Shown here piece by piece: positions 58,847 through 64,000 of a DNA stretch of 64,000 nt (positions are counted from its first letter, which is position 1; the number at the start of each line of letters is the position of its first letter). The position numbers were made by a program, and so were the translations under genes. The notes beneath the pieces are model-generated. The model searched no databases, was not told the origin of the DNA, and saw only the letters and a list, made by a program, of their open reading frames with translations. This DNA is from Macrostomum lignano (Eukaryota). The stretch is from contig NIVC01002703.1 in the NCBI GenBank assembly GCA_002269645.1, positions 53,408-117,407 of the forward strand, read 5' to 3'.

Positions 58847-59766
58847 TCATGGTATTACATATAATAATAGTAAGAATAGAATATGATAATTTGTATAAAG
58901 AGTGCAACTAATTGATCATATACTTTTTCTACCTTTAAATTCAAGTTTAAGAGTATGCAAATTTTTTTCAATGCAGGTTGGATTAGAAGACTGGCTGAGA
59001 TAGTGGGCCAGAAAAAAAATTGAGATGGGTTTTAGATAATTAGACAAAATACAACCTACAATGCTACAATTACAAGAATAATGGGGCAAAAGCTAATTTT
59101 ACTTGTAAAATTTAATTGTTTCAATACAAAATTGATTCAAAGGCCATTTTTACATTGTTAGATAGTGGGACTGCTGCAGGCTAAATTTGAATGTGTTGCA
59201 GGCCAGATCTAGCTTCTGGGCTCAAGTTTGCTAACCCTTGCTATAGTTAGAATTGTCTAGACCAGTGGCACATCAGTGTGCCATGCTTGATCACAAAGCA
59301 ATAAATAGGAAAATGTTGCCAAGAAGTTTGAATTTAAGTTGGGTAAGTTATATTTATAAATAAAAGATACTGATCAATCAATAAAGTCCTGTCTTTTTTG
59401 GTACCAAATACCTAGTTGATAAATTTTTCTACTAAAAACTTTTTATTTATTCTTTCTACTTATTTTTTAATATGCACTTGTAAATATGCAAGCTACGTAT
59501 AGTTTTGTTTTTTAGTATAAATTTATAAATACTATAGTTATAAATTTAGTATATTATATTAGAGATTTAGTATATTTAGAAGACAATAGTTATAGGCCTA
59601 GTTCTATCAGTTTATAAAATATTTGAATATTAAAGATTGATTTGTTATCTAACAAAAGGTTAGGCCTATATAAAAATGAACTAGCAAGACATTTTTATAT
59701 TATCAAAAAAGTCAATATTAACTATGATAGATAAGATATAAGCCTATATTTCCTTTTTTCTTTCAC

Positions 59767-60065
59767 TAGTGGCATAGCCACGGGGCTGGAGGGCCACAGC
59801 TTCCCCCTCCCCAATTGCCAATTCCCCAAAAACCATGACGCGGCCATGAGGCAATTGAGTGCCTAGGGCACTAAAATGAGTGCCTACAGCGCCAAAATGA
59901 ATGCCTGTAGTGCTAAAATGAGTGCCTGCAGCGCCAAAATGAATGCCTGTGGTGCTAAAATGAGTGCATGCAGCGCCAACATGAATGCATGTGGTGCTAA
60001 AATGAGTGCTTGGCCAACCTGCCCCCCACCCCCAATTGAAATTCCTGGCTAGGCCTACTCCACTG
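59767..60065. mobile_element. hAT-like MITE containing a 21/42-bp internal tandem repeat
   Basis: Ends TAGTGGCATAGCCA / TGGCTAGGCCTACTCCACTG; imperfect 8-bp TSD TCTTTCAC / TCTTTTCA. Confidence 0.5.
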
Positions 60066-61685
60066 TCTTTCACCAACTGGCAGATCTGGCCAACCCCAGG
60101 ATAGTTCGAAATATATCATAGCTATGACATCAAAATTCTTTGAGCTAGGCTTATTAACTAAATAAATTAAAGGAAAATATATCAATTTTATTATTCAGCA
60201 AAAAAAGATCTAGGACTCAGACTCGGGAGCTAAGGTAGGCCTAGCGATGCTAGCCTAACCGAAATGGGTGTAAGTAAACAAGGCTAGAACAAAGCTAAAA
60301 AATAAAAACGTGGCTAGCTTTCTGGCTTGCACGTACGTGTTCAACATGTACGATGTAGTACTATTATACAATGTAGGCGTGAGTCAGTGAGTGCAGGACC
60401 AGCCCTTTCCCGGCAAGACTATCCACCCTCCAGGGTGTTTTGTTAGTTTTTTTCAGGGTGTGTTTCAAATTTGAGGTGCAAATAAACCCCGTTCTGGAAG
60501 AAATGGTGGTAAATAGTTAGCGAGGCCGGCCGAGTCTCACTGTAGCCTCTGTAGACTGCGCGGAAATGATAAACATCAGCGTAGCGTGTATTCTAAGAAA
60601 CGGTGTAAATTGAATTAGGGCCAATCCTGTCGCGTACATCTAAAATATCTGCTTTTTTCTGAAACCGCCGCAATATAAAAATGGGTTATTGGTTACATTT
60701 TTTGCAAGCAGTCATAAAAATTAAAAATTTATACGTACCCTGTAGGGGTAGAACCAAAAAGTTCTTTTTCTGTCTGATTATCCAGCTACTGTGCGGCAAA
60801 TGGTTATAACATTAATGTACAAGGCGCTCTAGTCGCAGCGGAAGATTGCTCTCGTGAACTATAGCTAAGACAGAGACAGAGCTTAGCTAAAAGGTTGCTG
60901 CTTGATCAGAATTTTTACATGGTGAGAATCTGCCTCGTTTCAATCGTGACATGATCCCGAGATGTATGTGCTTGTGCATGTACATGTACATTCGTAGGTT
61001 TATATTATTATTAATTCGTTTAACTAATATAATAAACAGTAGTGTTACTGCATGACAGGCAGTACTTTTTGAATTCTTTCAAAATTACATGTACTTTAAA
61101 AAATATACATATATGCGGTATATATTCCTAGCTATCTCTAAAAATAAAATCTTTGCATGTAATTCCATGCAGGTTTACCGTGTCTATATAGATTCAGTCT
61201 GAGCTGCTGGAAACACAGTTTAAAAGTTTGAAGAGCAACACTTAGCATTAAAATATATATAGACATCACATTTTTAGTATATGGCCAGAAAAAGTTTTGT
61301 GATGCGCTCGCGGGAAGAAAAGTTAACAACGCGGGGTGCTTTGCTAAATTGCATCTCATTTAGTAAGAGAAACTGGTAAAAGAGAAAGAACTAAGCATAG
61401 CGATGAACAGCCACTCGATCTGTATGCATATGAAAACGCTACAACTCTAGAGCCGAGGTGCACAATTACTTCGATGCACAAACCATAAGTAATTCGCACA
61501 CTTACGTACTTGCACGTGAAAGTACGGCAATGACAGCTCGGTCCTCTCACTCGGCCCTTTCTTTCTTGCTTCTCTAGTTGGCTATTAAAAGAAAAGCGAT
61601 CTTACTTTGCTGCGACGAGAAGCGTCTGCAGCTGCATGCAACGCAACTGCTGAACAGAGAGGGGGAATTTCTGTCTCCCTAAGCA

Positions 61686-63940
61686 ATGTCAACCAGCTGG
61701 TCGCGTCAGGCCGAGGAGGCCATCGCCGACGCAACCTACGGCTGCTGCGCCGCCTTCTGGCCGAGCCGGCCGCCTGTCCGGACGCTCGCATCTCCGGTGG
61801 CTGCGGCCTCGCCCAGGTGGCCGCCCACTGGGGCCGGCCGGAGCTGCTGGCCTGCCTGCTGGCCGCCGGCTGCCCAGCGAGCTGCCTGACAATGACGGCG
61901 ACACGGCGCTGACCGAGGCGGCGGCTTGCGGACACACGGAAGTTCTGGAGCTGCTGCTGCGGCTGGACAGGTGCGAAAGCAAATCGAGCTAGAGTAAATA
62001 AGATATTTCAATTTGTTATTGAAACCGAATCTTAGAGTCTAATGCGTGAACCTCAATTATACTCAAACAGGTCCGTCGTGAACCCCGACGGGCCAACCGC
62101 TCCGGCTGCACCGCTCTGCACGCGGCCTGCCAGCAAAAGCATCTGAAATCGGCGCGCCTACTGCTGGACCTTGGCTCCGCCCGGCCGGCCGCCTCGACGC
62201 TGCCGGCAATTCGGCGCTGCACGCACTGGCTGCGAGAAGCGCCGGTGTGCTTTCGCCTGCGGATGCGTGCCTGAATAGTCACGGGAGACGCCCGTCGGAG
62301 GGGTGAGCGAGCCGGATGCAATGACTTTCGTTCAAATTCATTTAATGATCATGCACGAGACTTGACATGATTAGGGTTGCTGTGCATTTCACACAACCGC
62401 TGTACAGCCTGTGTGAGGGCGTGTGCCCGCCTGATTTGCGGCAGTACTTCAAAACATCCCTACGAATCAAATAAAACCATAAATCATGCAACCCAAATAT
62501 TTCCAACATATTTCTCGAAGTCTATGACTCTGACAGCGAAGGTATTTCACTAACTACTCTCACTAACTACGACCTCTTACAGCCAGCCGTCCGTGGGTAG
62601 TACGAGCTACATCATTGTTGAGAGTCGTTCGATGCATATTTCATCAAATAAAAACCGATTTGCTTGCAGGTTCGCCTCCATTCCTAACGGTTCTCAGCAG
62701 CCAAGCTTGCCCACAACCATCAAGCCAGTGCGACAGACATCGTCCAACTGATGCACGACATGCTCCGCATTGACCCAAGTCTCAGTCTGGACCAGGTGAA
62801 CAGCGGCGATACACTCCGTTGATGAAGTGCGTCGCCACGGGGCACTGGACTCTGCTGCTGCATCTGCTGCGCGACTCGTCGACGGCACCCGATTCGGCAG
62901 CGGCGGCGACCTCCACGCCACGGGGCTGCCGCAATCGCGACGGCTTTAACCTGGCGCACGTGTTCTACGCTCATCACGACGATTCAACGAGCTCGCGCGC
63001 GGCGGCGAGTCTTCTACTGCGCTGCTTGGGCCCGCAGCGCTGGGCGGAGTTCTGCGCAGAGCGGGTGACCACTGGACCGCACGCTGGCTACTCGTGCCTC
63101 CACTTCGCTTGCGAGTTCGGCCGCCTCGCCTGGCTGCTCACCGGCCTCTGCCTGACTGGCGAGCGCACTAACCGAGGCGAATCCGCCGTCGACATCCTCG
63201 CCCGTCGACGTCAACTGGTTGGACTTCGCCAGCGCTGCTCTGGAGCCCAGCCGAGCATCTGGCGCCAAACGCTGCTGCTGTTGGACCCCGTCCTTGGCTC
63301 GCCTCGACCGCGACCGGACGACGCCAGCCGGGCTCGGCGCCGCCGCCTCCTCGGGCGCGTGCGCCGCCAGCGACGAGCACGACAGCGGCCGCTGTTCCGT
63401 CAAGCTGACGACGACGGTCGTGATGACACTGACAAAGCTGGCCAGCTACGAGTCCGGCGCAGCGCTACTGGCAAACGGGAGGCCGCGAGAGACGGCAGTA
63501 CCCGCTGCCACTGCGCCTCCTGGTTGCCGCCATCGGCGAGGACAGTCCGAGGCTTCGTCAGCCTGCTGGAGCTTGGCCACCTGGACGGAGATGGAGTAGC
63601 GGATTCTGCCGCGACCTGCTCGGCTATCTGGCCACGGACGGCGGCACATCGGCGCTGCCCTACATCGGGAACGGACTCGCCCAGCTGCGGCCGGAGCACC
63701 TTAACGGCGCCGACTGCTTGGACCCACTTGACCTGGCGGTGTCGCTTGGTCGCAGTCGGATCGTCGAGGAGATGCTGCTGGCGCGCCGTTCGATCTGGTG
63801 CCCAGCTGCCTGCGCGTGCTGCTAATGTGCACCCGGATGAGGCAGGTGCGGCACCGTGCGTGGCCGACATGCGTCAGAGCGCGGAGAGCGTGCTGGTCAA
63901 CGCGTTGAACAGCCTGCACGATGGAGCCACTTCTGAGAAA
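61686..63940 (+). pseudogene. Ankyrin-repeat protein gene with multiple apparent 1-nt frameshifts (pseudogene or sequencing errors); continues past the window
   Basis: Ankyrin motifs in shifting frames: GLAQVAAHWGRPELLACLL, DNDGDTALTEAAACGHTEVLELLL, NRSGCTALHAACQQKH, GNSALHAL, GYSCLHFACEFGR, DPLDLAVSLGRSRIVEEML. Splice sites near 61970, 62071, 62671 and 63941. Confidence 0.75.
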
Positions 63941-64000
63941 GTGAGCCGGAGTATTAAAGAAGGTAAAAACACAATACCCATCTATCAAAGTCGGTTAAAA

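Overview
Eukaryotic (animal) genomic DNA with GT-AG introns, GC-rich exons and AT-rich or tandem-repeat introns. The architecture suggests a free-living flatworm such as Macrostomum, but this is inference and cannot be verified here. Genes supported from sequence: SRP14 (+, exons 2-3), UBL4A/GET5-like (+), Phactr (RPEL/PP1 regulator, -), a DEG/ENaC channel (-), an unrecognised multi-exon single-pass membrane protein (-) with a duplicated alternative last exon, IMP2-like mitochondrial signal peptidase (-), and a frameshifted ankyrin-repeat gene (+, runs off the right end). Mobile DNA: a nearly intact Ty3/Gypsy pol with 3' LTR, a decayed Gypsy, a pseudogenised DUF3504/Crypton-type tyrosine-recombinase element with hairpin ends, two tRNA-derived SINE families, and several hAT/MITE elements. 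About 17 kb (roughly a quarter of the window) is made of unrelated minisatellite arrays, and these explain most long repetitive ORFs in the ORF track. Top leads: (1) an IMP2 first coding exon with no ATG, possibly started by a trans-spliced leader AUG; (2) the Crypton-like element, whose end motif recurs as the core of two minisatellites; (3) duplicated last exons sharing a YDxVTxIR-stop tail; (4) a primate-like poly-Ala tail on SRP14.
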